DNA from: Eledone cirrhosa
Lineage: Eukaryota
Reading direction: 5' to 3'
Assembly: GCA_964016885.1 (NCBI GenBank)
Contig: OZ024746.1
Coordinates: forward strand, 36,704,001-36,768,000
DNA length: 64,000 bases
Shown here: one piece after another, positions 13,527 to 26,833 of the stretch
Position numbering within the stretch: position 1 is the stretch's first letter
Layout of the letters: each line of letters opens with the position of its first letter
The notes under the pieces: model-generated
The model's input: the letters and a program-made list of their open reading frames with translations, nothing else
Database searches by the model: none
Told to the model about the DNA's origin: nothing
Made by a program: the position numbers and the translations under genes

Positions 13527-15279
13527 CAATCTATATTTCTATCTATTTATCCCTTTATATCTCTGTCTCTCTATCTATTTATCTATCGATCGAAGATTTG
13601 TCTATTAACCTGTGTTACCGAATGTTACTCCTAAGTTGGAACGTATTTCTCAAGCTATATGTTAGGACATTCGAATGTGGAAATGGCGCTACTGACGATA
13701 TCAACCGACTCCTTGCTCTTGTTGCTCTTTTCTTTACATATCACACTCATTCCTTGTGCCTTATACCTTGTGTCCTAAATCACCTGACCTAACACTCATA
13801 TTTCCATATTTTAGTCACCTTTTGCTACAATTTTCAATCATCACTTACCGTCATATTTTGGCCACTCACAATTTAGCTTCCACACAACTGACAACAAAAC
13901 GCACACAATTATCTGTGCAGGCTTTGCGTTACCATTCTTTTAATATATTATACACTACTCGTTACTTCACATCGTTTGACTGTTAATTTATATTTGTGTA
14001 AACATGTCATTACATTGTCTAGGTTTTCTATATCTGAATACGGTCAATAGCGTGAAAGGTGGCATTTCCTTTTTATGGTGCCAAATGGATTCAGTGATTA
14101 ATCTTTATACAAACACCAATGGATTAAGGTTTGTGGCCGTAGACCACCACTGAAATCCGAAATTTTACCATGTTAGTCATATATAATCGTGGAACTATGT
14201 GTGCTATACAAATGCAATACCGATTCGCAAATGTCGAGTGTCTGGTATGTTTCCTATCCTTGACGTACAAGACAACATCATGAATCTCATATCATCACAT
14301 TCGATAATTTCTCTGCGCGCTTGCTTTGGGGAATTAATTTAATACCTCCTATCTTGCACCATGTTAACATTCATTGAATCACTCTATTGGGAATGCAATC
14401 CAATCGTATCAATTGCATATTTTATTTCTATACAGGTACGTTAACGAATGTTTCAAATCAATATACGAAACACAATATAATATAGATGTTTCTGTGTATT
14501 TTAGGGAGAGGTGGCTGTTATTTAGTAACCTATCCATTTCCAAAATGATATGCCCTACACTGTGATATGTACACGACAGACATTTACAAAGTCTGAAGTA
14601 TATTCAATTTGGTTACACATTAAGGGAATTGTATACCAAGTCCTGAACCAACCATATAAAAAACGATGAGACACCTTGGATAATTTACATTAGCATTTTC
14701 AGTACGTCAAATAGAAAGAAGCTGTTAGTTATAATGCTTTCAATAATATATACGTATCCAGAGCTAATAACGGAACAAATAGAAAAAAAATAATCAGTGA
14801 CTACTTAGATAAAATATACAATATATTTCGGTAAAACTCACGTTCTTCAAGCATACATCTCGTTTCATTGCATTTTTTTTTATCATCTCCATTGTCACAA
14901 TTTATCTCTGCTTGAAGCCCAAATATTATTTATTTCTTCCCAGCTTGCGTGTATTGGTTTTGCATTAGACACCTGAAACACAATGTAATTAATTATAACA
15001 AAAATTAATTAACTATTTGATTTAAAATCTGTGACAAGGTGAACAAATAATTATACATGAAAGAATAACGCGTTTATGCATGCCCTTCCATGTCAATTTT
15101 AAAGCATCATTAGAACTACCATGAAAAATATTAGCAAGAAATATAACATTTAAAATTGCACCTTCAACTCTTATTATGACTCTTAAACGATATTCGCGTT
15201 GTTTCTACTGCGGTTAACCATTTAATGTGCATATAGTTGTTTCTGCATATCAGGATTTTTCTAAATATTAAAAAGACAA

Positions 15280-15281
15280 AT

Positions 15282-15330
<49 letters not shown>

Positions 15331-15439
15331 AACTGCTGCTGATGATGATGCTGATGCTGCTACTACTACTATTGATGCTGCTGCAACTGCTCATGCTGCT
15401 GTTGCCTCTGCATCTGCTGATGATGCTTCTTCTACAACA

Positions 15440-15490
<51 letters not shown>

Positions 15491-15494
15491 GCTA

Positions 15495-15542
<48 letters not shown>

Positions 15543-15549
15543 TTACTAC

Positions 15550-15632
<83 letters not shown>

Positions 15633-15660
15633 ATAATAATAATAATAATAATAATACTAC
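15280..15660. repeat. (CTA)n/(CTG)n/(TAA)n compound microsatellite
   Basis: Read directly from the sequence. Confidence 0.97.
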
Positions 15661-18317
15661 TGCAAACGATAATAATGGGTGACGTTAATAATAATAACTA
15701 TTTGTTATAATATTGCAATTATTAGCATATTGTTATTGGCGACAAGGGCCGATATGTGTAGAACAATACACAAGAAAGGCAAAGTGGGGATTTGAAAAAG
15801 ATGAACAAATTCAAAACATGTAAACAAATCCTATCAGGTTTTTTAAAGTCAATTAAGAATGTATGTCTTCATATGGACAGGGCTAGCGCTAAAGTATTAA
15901 GAATAATTGGCCACTTGTGATATATTCTAAGTATGAGACGCCTGTTACATCACTGTATGGTGAATATTTGTTTAACGTGAGTAAAGTAAGTTCAATTGTA
16001 CTAGAGTTCAGAGGTATTTGACATAACGTAACGCACAAATTCTTATAGGAACAATTTTATATCAGTGTATTGTCAATTAATTTGACTGAGGATGACCAAG
16101 TGGTAGGATACGACAGTGACAATGACTTTCAACGCAACTAAATATACAATTTTTGTTCATAATTCTCATAAATTATCGAACCCTCAATCAATGTGACACA
16201 TCTACTACACAATAGAAAATATGAAACATACACATCTAAAAGCTTTTTACAAAGGCTGTTAAGTGTACAAATGTATTCACCTTCAAGCGTTCTGATGAAA
16301 TCGTGTAAAATGAATTATAACTTAGTAAAACTAACGTTAAAAGTTTTAATCTAATCCAGCGAAATCTGATGTAACCCAACGTATATTAATCGAAAGAAAT
16401 ATAGAACAACTTTTATGTATTCGTGATTTTTTGGCATCAGACAAACAGTTCACATTTCTGGCTGCATTTCAGGAAACAATTTCTTGAAATAGAATTAGAG
16501 GGTATAAGTTTAAATGTAAATGAAGACAGTTTTATTTGAATTAACGTACCACGAAGTATCAGCGGCAAAAATAACACAGCAGCTAAACGAATTAAACGTA
16601 AAAAGGAACACCAACAAAATGATATTTCAAAATGTATTTCAGTAGTAAAACAATAAATACTTTTCTTAATAGTTTCATTAAAACAAATAAAAAAGACATA
16701 TTCCAAACATTTATTCTCCGAAATAAATACTTAAATAAAGACGTACCATGAAATGTAGAGTTTCAATAGTATGGAGAGAAACACTACAGTTGTTCTGCTA
16801 GGAAAGGAATATAGATGACATTAGAATGTGATGACAATCATTCATGATGATAAAAAATGTATGGGTGTGATGTCAGTGAATACGTGCTGAAATTACTATT
16901 TCATCAAATGCTGAGTTCTTGCCCTAAGTATCTTCTTTGTATTTTCGGGCGAGGTTATTTTAATTCATATACATGTTAAAAGATAGCCGGAGTACTTAGG
17001 AACCAATTTAATTGCCTACATAATTTACGTTAGAAAACCAGATACAAGGGAATACTTGGTTACTCTCACAGATCGAAAGACATCAAAGATATTTTCCATA
17101 CGAGATTTACGACAGACAAATGTGTCCTTCCTTTCATAATTTCTTGTATTATGTCCTGAAATTTTTGAATAGTTCGGCAAATATATATCCCACCAAATTC
17201 CATAGACGTAGCGGAAGAGAATTAATAATAGTTTACATGAACTGTTATAGTTTTTGTGTTTCTCCTCGAGAAACGTTTTGATCTATCAGTAGACATTTCG
17301 AGGACGTTTAAGCCATAACGATCTGTTAGTTCTAGATGTAGTTCACCTCGGCGATATTATCTAAAGACAGCAACGACATATATGCTGGATTAACTGGGTT
17401 GAATAGCAAGGTCAGCAGCTACTTGATATATTGTTTGATTTTCTTACTTGTTATCTATCCATTAAATAACCTGAAGAGGTTTCTCTATCATATATGCAGA
17501 ATTCACAGCGACAATCAATTGATTAATTTACAAATTTAAAAGCAGAAATTGCGTATATTTGTGTTTCTTCTGAAAAGCTCTTTTTAACGCTTCATTTAAC
17601 AGAATCATTGAGATTTCACCATATTGATTAACATATCTCACATCAAATATACTGTTTATGAGCTTATTATATGCCACAAAGTTCCTTCAAATGAATTAAG
17701 GAATGTTATATATACACATATATTCTCCCCACTACATAACTCTCGAGGAAGCTAAGCTACCACTTAAAATAAGTTTAGCTTATCTAATGAGTCAATTTCT
17801 AACGCAATTAATATGAAATGTGGTTGTTTGTAAAATAAGTATCCCATGTCTCTTCTTTAAGTTGCGTTTAATACGGGCATATATATATGAATCCGTTAAT
17901 GAAAATTTGAATATATATACTAAAATAAACAGATAAGGAAAACGAAATAAATGAATACACATTTTAAAAACAAACTAAAAATCTAACGATATACAGAAAT
18001 TAAAGAATAAACATCAATTTTGATATATTTTGTTAAATATTCAATAAATGTTTGTTTTAATTGTAATTGTTATTACCACATTTATTATAGAATATCGATA
18101 TCATTCGTTAAGATCACTTCAATACAATTTTCATTATTGTTCATTCAGTTTTTAATATATTTTATATTATATTCATGCATGCATACACAAAAACATACAT
18201 ATATACATAAATGCATATATGCATAAATACATACATGCATACATAAATATTTAGGTACATACATACATACATGCACGCATACATTCACGCGTACGGACAT
18301 TGAGTTCCTCACAACAT

Positions 18318-18370
<53 letters not shown>

Positions 18371-18674
18371 AACACATATATTTATGCATAAAAAACACCT
18401 ACATATGCCATGAATCCCTTATGGAATAAAAAAGTGTTCTTTAAGAGCAGTTGTATAAAGGACCATGCAACCAAGAAGGACTACACCCATATGTAATGAT
18501 ATGGTAGTCATACCATTCTACAAACAATATATAAGAAGAAAGTATACGATTGCTATCGTTGTACTCATACCACCTCACGGGTAACTCGCTTCTACTGAAC
18601 ATTTGCTTCAAGCTATGTTAAAACCAGAAGGCATTTAATGCCACCAAAACTTTTTACATTATTAGTGTTGCTAC

Positions 18675-18865
18675 TAAGGGCGGTGAATTGGCTGTATAGG
18701 TAGAGGGTTGGACGCCATGGTTGAATACATAAAGTTGCGGCCCTTGCCATTCTGAGTTCAAATCCCGCCTAGGTTAACTTTGCCTTTCATCCTTACGGGG
18801 TCGATAAAATATAGTACCAGTAATGCACTGATTTAATTGCTGGCCTTGTGCCAACAGTAGAAACA
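18675..18865 (+). mobile_element. Full-length SINE type B with 17-bp TSD
   Basis: tRNA-like head GGCGGTGAATTGGC...GAGTTCAAATCC, core and tail; TSD ATTATTAGTGTTGCTAC at 18658-18674 and 18866-18882. Confidence 0.92.
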
Positions 18866-19817
18866 ATTATTAGTGTTGCTACCGTTTCTGTAAAATAAAT
18901 ATGCACCATCATAGCCTAGACTCAAACAACATTTGAATAATTCGCATCAGTTATATCTACTAAGCATCAAGCGCTGTACAAGTCCCAGGAAATATTCATC
19001 AGACATTTGTGATGGATAATTTCTAGTACACCAGATTACTATCTACATTTTTAGCACTATCTGTATTAGGCCGTGGTGACGCTATATTATACATACCCTT
19101 CAGATTATCATTAGCACACAAGTAGTTCATCTTAAGTTAAAAATCATTATATATGGTGGATAATGTAGAGGATATCAACGCAGACGCTGAGGAAGATTAT
19201 CCTAATGATCAAATTATGAAAAATTACACTGATTTATAAATGTGAAAGAAAAATATACTAAAATGTTCTTGGGAATAAAAAAATGTCTATGGAGATATAC
19301 CAGTCATAGTGATATCAGACGAAAAAAAGAGTATGCATTACAATCGAAATGAAATGCAAATCAAACATAAATATAAAAGCCAAACTAATAAAATATCCCC
19401 ATATATTAATAACGGATAATAAAGTTAAATTTATAACTGTGAAATGTCTACGTGAATTACAGTCTCAGCGTCGAACCTGAAAAAAATCGCTATAGCTGAA
19501 CGCAAACGCACAGATTCAGGGGAATATGAAACCTTCTAGAAATATAGTTTGTATATGACATATTTGGGTATATACTTACAAATATATTTACATATTAAAA
19601 TGAATTTATCGAAACATCTAGTCACATTTACAATTTCATGCAGGCATCTATACATATACATAAATGTGCAGATTCAGGATTACCTAGGTAACGGTTATTG
19701 AATTCCAATGAAACAACATAGTTCATCTCATAAAAACCTGCTTTCATTGTAATGACGTAAAGTCAGTTTTAAAACATGACAATGAATACACATTTATATT
19801 TACCTATACATATAAAC

Positions 19818-20100
19818 ATGGTGGGGGCATGTGGCCTAGTGGTTAGGGCGATGGTCTTACGATCATAACGACATTGTTTCGAATCCTGGGATGCAGGATG
19901 TTTTCTTGAGGAAAACACTTCATTTCCCGTTGCACTAGTATACTCAGCTGAAAATGCGTAACAACAATAGCTGGGGGTTTTACACTGCAACGGTCTAGCG
20001 TCCTGTCCAGGGGGGATTCTTGTACTCTCACTCGCCCTCACGCCATGAAACCGGGATAAGCATCGGCCTAATGAGCCTGCTAGCTTAAGACAGACATTAG
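19818..20100 (+). mobile_element. Full-length tRNA-derived SINE (type A)
   Basis: A-box TGGCCTAGTGG, B-box TTCGAATCC, core shared with 4970-5212. Confidence 0.85.
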
Positions 20101-20647
20101 ACATACAAGCATACAAATATAGAACTACCTTCATGGTTTTAAGTGGTAAATCCCACATTTGGGAACATTTTTGGGTATATAATGATGGCTAGGTCGTAAT
20201 ATAACACACGAGATATGCATCTCCAAGTACAATAACTGTGCAGTCGGCCCAGTTCTGGAATTTATCACCTTCGAATTAGCGGGTATCCGCGGCTTTTGGT
20301 TGAAGAGGTACAGTGCAATACACGAACGACTGGCAATATAGTTGGATGATTGTGATCAGAGAGGTGCAGTCATTGCGTAGATGGTTATAGGGAGTACAAT
20401 GCTTCTGATAAAATATAAAAGTAACGGCAATGCTGTGTGAAACCAACGCCCTAACAGAGAAGGTTTCCTGGGATATATGCGAGGAAACTATGTACTTTTC
20501 TATCACAGGAAGGAAAACTACCAGTGGATCAAAACCAAGCATATAGGAAGAAGTCACAGGATACCAGGGAGCACCATCTTACAGATAATTACATTTTCAG
20601 ATAGTGTAAGAAACATGACAGAGCAATAAAAAAAAAATTAATAATAA

Positions 20648-20863
20648 TGGTTTCTGCATTAGGCACAAGACCAGCAATTTGGGGGAAGGCAAAGTCGATT
20701 AAAATGACACAAGTGCTTTATTGGCGTTTTATATTATCAAGCCCGTAAAGATAAGAGGCAAAGCTTACATCTGCGGAATTTGAACTCAGAATATTAAGGG
20801 CCGTGAATCTACGCTACTAGGCATAGTGTCCGACGCTTTACCTATACTGCCAATTCACCGCCC
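20648..20863 (-). mobile_element. SINE type B (long subtype)
   Basis: Homologous to 18675-18865 with an extra segment also seen at 61602-61815; TAATAATAAT on both sides. Confidence 0.85.
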
Positions 20864-20917
<54 letters not shown>

Positions 20918-21160
20918 TTTTCTTTATTAACCACAAGGGTTCACATAAAGTAGATATTAAGGACAGTACAGGACAATACAGGACGGTACAAATGGGCATT
21001 TCTGCGTGTAAAAAAACAGAGGTTGAAATAAAAATAACAAAGAAAAATTCCCCAATAGGGGGGAGACTTCCAAGGGACATTTGTGGAGAAAGCCCATTAA
21101 AAGACCACAGTGGCCCTGACCACCAGGGCAAGTGCCCTCTCCCAGTTTTCCACCTTTAAT

Positions 21161-24100
21161 TTACAGACACATACTCAGGGAAGGCCCATTCATTCGGGCC
21201 ATACTTGCTTCTCTCACCCATCTTTCAACAAAATGCTGGGAAGAGAGCACTTCCCTCTCTACCCTGATTTTCCTTTTCAAATGAAATTTGAAAAAGTTAA
21301 TCAGGTCATCACCGAAGAGGTAAGTGCTCGTCTTCAGCCCTTTCAAACGTGTCCACCATACTATCTCTTTCGCCATGGCCACCAGACAGATAAAAACTGC
21401 CTGCCCTTCCAGGCTAAAGGAAGGGGGCGGGGCAATCCTCGCGATGGACTCAGCTGATAGCTGGATCCGTCCTACACGTGACAGCAGGTGTTCGACATAA
21501 ACCCACAAGTCAGCAATGCTCGGACACTGGACGAGTGCGTGCAGGACGGTTTCGTCGCCCTGCGCGCATCTCGGACATGCCCGGCTGACGGCACCTCCAT
21601 GCCTGTAGAGTTTATCCCGAACTGGCAAAGCTCCTCGGTAGCACTGCCAGGCCAGGGATTTCTGGAAGTTGTCCATAGGCCCCGGCCCGAAAGTCCTTCC
21701 GAAGAGATTGACTAGTTGATTTTCGTCGACGCCTAGAGTTTCTCCAAGTACGTCGTCGCTCTTCCCCTCCACTAATCCCCTATAGAACGCCAAGGTGGAG
21801 TTTCCACCGATCACATTGCCCGATTGGTCGAGGGCTGTGAGCGCCTGAAGACATTCCAGTCTCCAAGCGCTCCCTCTCGGTCTTCGCTTGACCCAGGACT
21901 GCAGCTCCGTCAAGGAGACGAGCTGGGGAAAAACGTGTCTTGCAAACGGCGACCACACCTGATCACCGTCGAGGAAGAGGTGGAGATCTCGTAGCCTGAG
22001 CGCGTGTCTGCGCATCATCAGCCACGGCATGCCCAGCCCTCCACGTAGCGGGTGTTGACAGCAGATGGACTGCCTGACCATCGGAGCGCGTCCCTTCCAC
22101 AAGAAGCGAAAGAGCAAACGCTCCAGCGCAGTCAGGCGGGGCTTAGGACAAGGTACGACGGTCAGGCGGTAGTAGATGACGGATGCGATGTACGCATTCG
22201 CCACCTCCGCTCGACCTTTCAGGGATAGCTTCCTCTCGGCCCATTTCTGGGTCGGAGAAGCCACCCTGCTCGTCACCTCGTCCCAGTTTTTGTCCGTCTG
22301 GAGGTCTGGACCGAACCAGACCCCTAGCAATTTAACCGGTCCGTCCGTCCAGCGCCCGACGACGCTGTTGGACGGCATGGACCTGCCTCTCCAGGTGCCG
22401 AGCTGCAGGCCCACTGACTTTTCCTGGTTGATCATTGCTCCTGTCACCGCTTCGTATTCTCTTAGTGTAGTGCCGATCGCCTCGATGTGTTTGGCGTTCG
22501 ACACCACTACGGTGACATCGTCGGCATATGCTGACACGGATCTTCCGCATCCTAGTTCGCGCGGGACCCCCTCAACGTCTCCAGTTTCTGCAGTAATGGC
22601 TCGAGAGTCAATACGTACAATAGGGACGAGAGGGGACATCCTTGGCGGACCGAGCGCATGATGTTGAACGGTTCCGAAAGGTAACCGTTCACTCTCACTA
22701 CAGAGCAGATGTCGCTGTGCATGGCAGCGATCCAGCCTCTGAAGACGGGCCCAAAGCCAGCCGCCCTCAGGACTGCCGCTAGGTAACGATGGTCGACCCT
22801 ATCAAAGGCTTTCGACTGATCTAAATTGATCAAAGACCCACCCGTGCCAGGTTCCCTAGCTACCCTCTCTACGATGTATTGCATGAGGTGGAGATTGTCG
22901 TGGATGGATCTGTCGGGAATGGCGCATGTCTGTGCCTCTCCCACCAGACCACCAACGACAAGCGCCAACCTCTTTGCTAGCACCTTGGCCAAAATCTTGA
23001 ACTCTGTGTTTAGCAGAGTTATGGGCCTTAGATTATCTATGTTATCCCCCTTGTTCGGATCCTTTCTCAGCAGCGCCACCGCTCCTCGGCTCACAGAGCT
23101 GGGAATTCTCCTGTTCTGTTGCCAGTTGCAGTAGACGTCCGCCAAGAGGCCTCCGAACAAGTTTGGCATTTGGACGTAAAGTTCATAGGGCAGACCATCC
23201 AAACCAGGCGATTTACCCTTGTGCAACTAGTCATTGCATCCCGTACTTCAGCGGTTGTTATCGGCTTTTCGCAACACTCCGCCTCAGTGGCCGAAATCCG
23301 CGGCAGTCCGTCGAGGTAGACACTAAAGTCCATACCCCGATCCTGCCCGCCACTGCCCCCGAACAGTTGAGCGAAGTGTCGCAGAAAAGCTTCACACATT
23401 TGCCCTGGATCGAGTAGCATGCGCCCCTCGTGGTCCACCAAAGACCGGATCGTGGCTTTGTTGCCACGACGCGCCTTCGCCACTCGGGCCCATTGAACGG
23501 CGTTCGTCCCCTCGTGTCTGAGAGCACGCACCCTAGCTCTGACAACGCAGCCTTCGTGCTTTGCATTGAAGAATTGGTCAAGGGCCAATTTCGCCGCAAG
23601 TACGTCGGTGGCGATGCCTTTGCTAAGCGCCTCATCTAATTTTCTAACTAATTCTCCCTCTGCTCTATTTTTCTCTATTGCTAAATTCTTACTAAACCTA
23701 ATGGACTCTATTCTAATTGCTCTTTTCAGAGCAAACCACCACTTGTTGTTGACGATGGCCCCCGTCAACGCCCGCTTAACTAGTTCGCTAATCCGGTCTC
23801 TGTAGGCCTTGCGCGCTGGTAAGGACGCGTTTAGCTTTCAGTAGCCGGGTCCTCGTCTATGAAGCCTATCTAAGTTAAGAACACAGATCACGAATTTGTG
23901 GTCCGTGTAGCTGACTATCTTGAATTGTCGACAGCCTATGCTAGGCCTATCTATTTCCCTACAAAATACTCTATCTAGATATGATCTGGATGACCCTATG
24001 CGATTTGTCCAAGTCCACATTGGTACATTCGGGAAATCCATTCGGTACCTGTCAGACAGTTAAAAAAGTCTGAGCAGGTTGGTGAGACTCTTGCAACCTC

Positions 24101-24578
24101 CTTCCCTATCCACTAATCCCACACAATCCTAGCGTGCATCTAAGATCCCGTTCCAGTCGCCCACTAACTCTAAAGAGCGGGACGTTCCAAGAAAGGTCTC
24201 CAGACGCCGGAAGAAATCAGGCCGCCCTGCTCCTGTCGGGGCATAGACGGCCACTAACCTGAAAGCTTGCCCGTCTCCGCTGGTCACGTCCAGCACCACC
24301 AACTTACCTTCTGGGTACAGGAAGTTGGCCCGTATGGCAAGATTCAAACCTCTCCGAAAAAGCACAGCAACACCTCCCCCCGATCCCGGACGGCTGGGAG
24401 ATGCGTACACATCGTAGCCGCCGAAGATCGGTGCGAAAGCCTGTGCTTCGGAGATTCTGGTCTCGCTGATGGCCACTACATCTATGTTTAGTGACCTGAG
24501 GTCGTTGAGTAGGTGGCCCTGCTTCCATGACGACCCCAAGCCACGCGCATTTATGCTGCCTATTCTGAGTGAGGTCAT
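21161..24578 (-). pseudogene. Tx1 ORF2: AP endonuclease, reverse transcriptase, C-terminal zinc finger
   Basis: SINARGL...ISET...VYAP...GDWN...YLDRVF...TDH (APE); KSPGLDG, RPITLLN, DQSKAFDRV, SVRQGCPLS, AYADD (RT); CPRCAQGDETVLHALVQC; split over five ORFs. Confidence 0.93.
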
Positions 24579-24612
24579 GTTGAAAAGGAGTGGAAAAGAT
24601 GGGAAAGACCAC

Positions 24613-26600
24613 TTACCTTACTTCTCGTAGGGGAAGGACGGTTTTTCCATCCTTTTCACTGCCTGTGGCCTCCTCAGGAAGGATGTCCTTATAAATCCTC
24701 CTGGAGAGTGTTTGTCGGAAATCTCCGATGTCTTTGGGGAATTTTTGTTTTAGTGTCATGTACGTTTTCTGTGTGATGCGAGTGATGTGTATGTGCGGAG
24801 GTGTGAATTTTGGGGTTGTTGTGTAGTCTTTTTCTGTGATGCTGGTGTTGTGTTGGATGTAGTGTAATAATTGCTTGTTGTTCAAATTTAATGCTGTGTA
24901 GTGTGTATCGTTTTGGTTGTTTTGTTTTGTTTGCGTTTGTTGTGGGTTTGTTTCTGTTTCGCATTTTGGTGACTTTTGTGGTGTAGGTGATGGTGGTGTT
25001 GGAGTTAATGATGGTGATGGTGTTGGTGTTTGGGTTGATGGCTTGGTGATGCTGGTGTGGATGGTGGCATATCTGTCCTAACTTTTTTGTTTCTTAGTTT
25101 ATTTGTTTCCCTCTGTATTTTGTTTTTGGAGGGGGAAGGAAGAGATTTTTTTCTTTTTTGGTTTCTTTTATTTTTTCCGGATATCGTTTCCCACTCCTCG
25201 TCGTCACAATCTGTCTGCAGTTGTGATAGGCCGGGGAGTGGAAAATCCTCCACAGCCGTTAGTTTTGGTTGTGGCGTGGTGGATGGTGTAGGCGCTGGTG
25301 CTAGTTCTGAAGCGTTGGGTGGTGGTGGTGTTGGTTTTGCTGGTGGTGGTGGTGGTGTTGGTTTTGCTACTGTTGCTGGGGTTGTTGCTGTTATAGTTGC
25401 TTCTGTTGTTGCTGCTACAGTTGTTGCTGCCATCTCTGCTACTGGTGGTGTTGATGGTTGTGTCAATGGGGTGGGTAGGAGAGGTGGCCTCAACCTTTTA
25501 GCCTGAGGGCAGAAAGCCCTTAGGTGTGTTCCTTCACCACAAACGACACACCTAGGTCTTCTGCCTTCGACAATTACCGTGAGGTGGCTGCCGTCAGTGA
25601 TGCCTATTACCTCTGGGATCTCCTCAATGCTTTTTTGGTCCGCTTGGATCAGGAGCTCCATCCCAGATCCGGACCAGTTTTCCTGCTTTTCTTTTGCTAT
25701 TGCTATTATTTTCGTGTTGGCTTCGATGCCGGCGAGGACGGCCGCTATTAGCCAGGGAATTTCGATGGCCGGTGGGACGTGGGTCACCCTGATATTTACG
25801 ACGCTCTGGCCACAATAGCTTGGGACGAGTGTGAAGTCGTCACTTTTTAATGGGGCCATGGAGTGTTCTCTAGCCTCCTCTGGTGTTTCAAAGAACACGT
25901 CCACGGTTCCATACTTTTGCCCACGTCTGATGTGGGTTTTTCTTGCCCACACATGTCCCAAAGCTTTTTGGATTTGGGACTCGGATGCCCGTTCCACTCG
26001 GCGCGATTTTACATTTATTGTTCTATACGACACGGTGCATAGGCGCCGATGCTCCATTTTATTAGGTGGGGGGGGGTCTGACCCTGTACCCATCTTTCTT
26101 TACCATTTGTTTGGCATTTTCTAAATCCTCCCGAGTTACCGTAAATGCTTCGAACTGTTTTGCTACTCTGGCGAAACTGAAGGTCGGTTTTATAATGTCA
26201 TTGTTGTTGTTGTTGCTATCGTTATTTGTGTTAATATTAATTTTAGTTTCAGTTGTGGTGGTGGTGACGTCAGTCGTCTTTGGTGGGGAAGAGTCCATTT
26301 TGCTTGATTTCATTTCGACATCACGAGTTAATTTATTTTTTTCTTCTTTTGTTTCTGTTGTCGCGGTGGTGGTGGGCGTGGTAGTTGTCGCGGTGGTGGT
26401 GGTGGTGGAGGCTTTAGCACCTGCAGTCATTGGTAATGGCGGGAAATGAATGTCTGCCTGAGACAAATTTAAAATATTGCTACTGCTTATATTTTTTTTG
26501 TGTTGGCAAATGTAGTAACATTTACAATGGTGGTGTCGGTGTGAGGTGTTAATTTGTGAGGAAGGCTTTCAGCTGCTTGGTGCAGAGGTGAATTAGCCAT
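24613..26600 (-). pseudogene. Tx1 ORF1 (gag-like, CCHC zinc knuckle)
   Basis: CVVCGEGTHLRAFCP knuckle in ORF 25005-26093, Thr/Pro-rich linkers; probable ATG at 26600 (MANSPLHQ...) joined across frameshifts. Confidence 0.8.
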
Positions 26601-26630
26601 TTTTTCAAAGAAATTTTTTGATAATAATAA

Positions 26631-26807
26631 AGGTTTAAATTTTGGGCACAAGGCCCCAATCTTTTTGGGTGTCCTTTTCGGAAAACAATGTATGTGCGCT
26701 TATATATGGTTAACAATAAAACATTTCCATAAATGGCAATTTTTAACAAACGGAAATAACAAACCTTTGCGGAGCTCACGATGATACGATTTACTACGTA
26801 GGTCGCC
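26631..26807 (-). mobile_element. Short (177 bp) retroposed element with SINE-B-like 3' tail
   Basis: Ends GGGGCCTTGTGCCCAAAATTTAAACCT-TTATTATTAT; (AAT)n on both sides; body unrelated to SINE B. Confidence 0.55.
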
Positions 26808-26833
26808 AATAATAATAATAATAATAATAATAA

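Larger units (their letters stand above)
20917..26620 (-). mobile_element. Full-length L1-superfamily, Tx1-clade non-LTR retrotransposon (frameshifted)
   Basis: ORF1 plus ORF2 (APE-RT-C-terminal zinc finger); (AAT)n at 20864-20916 and ATAATAATAA at 26621-26630; AATAAA just before the 3' end. Confidence 0.92.

Noticed and set aside
14177-14244. AG...GTATGT-bounded possible exon
   Set aside because: Weak acceptor, no recognisable peptide
20045-20090. GAAAC...CTAATGAG in the SINE A tail as a permuted hammerhead
   Set aside because: Only one hairpin between the motifs; topology incompatible
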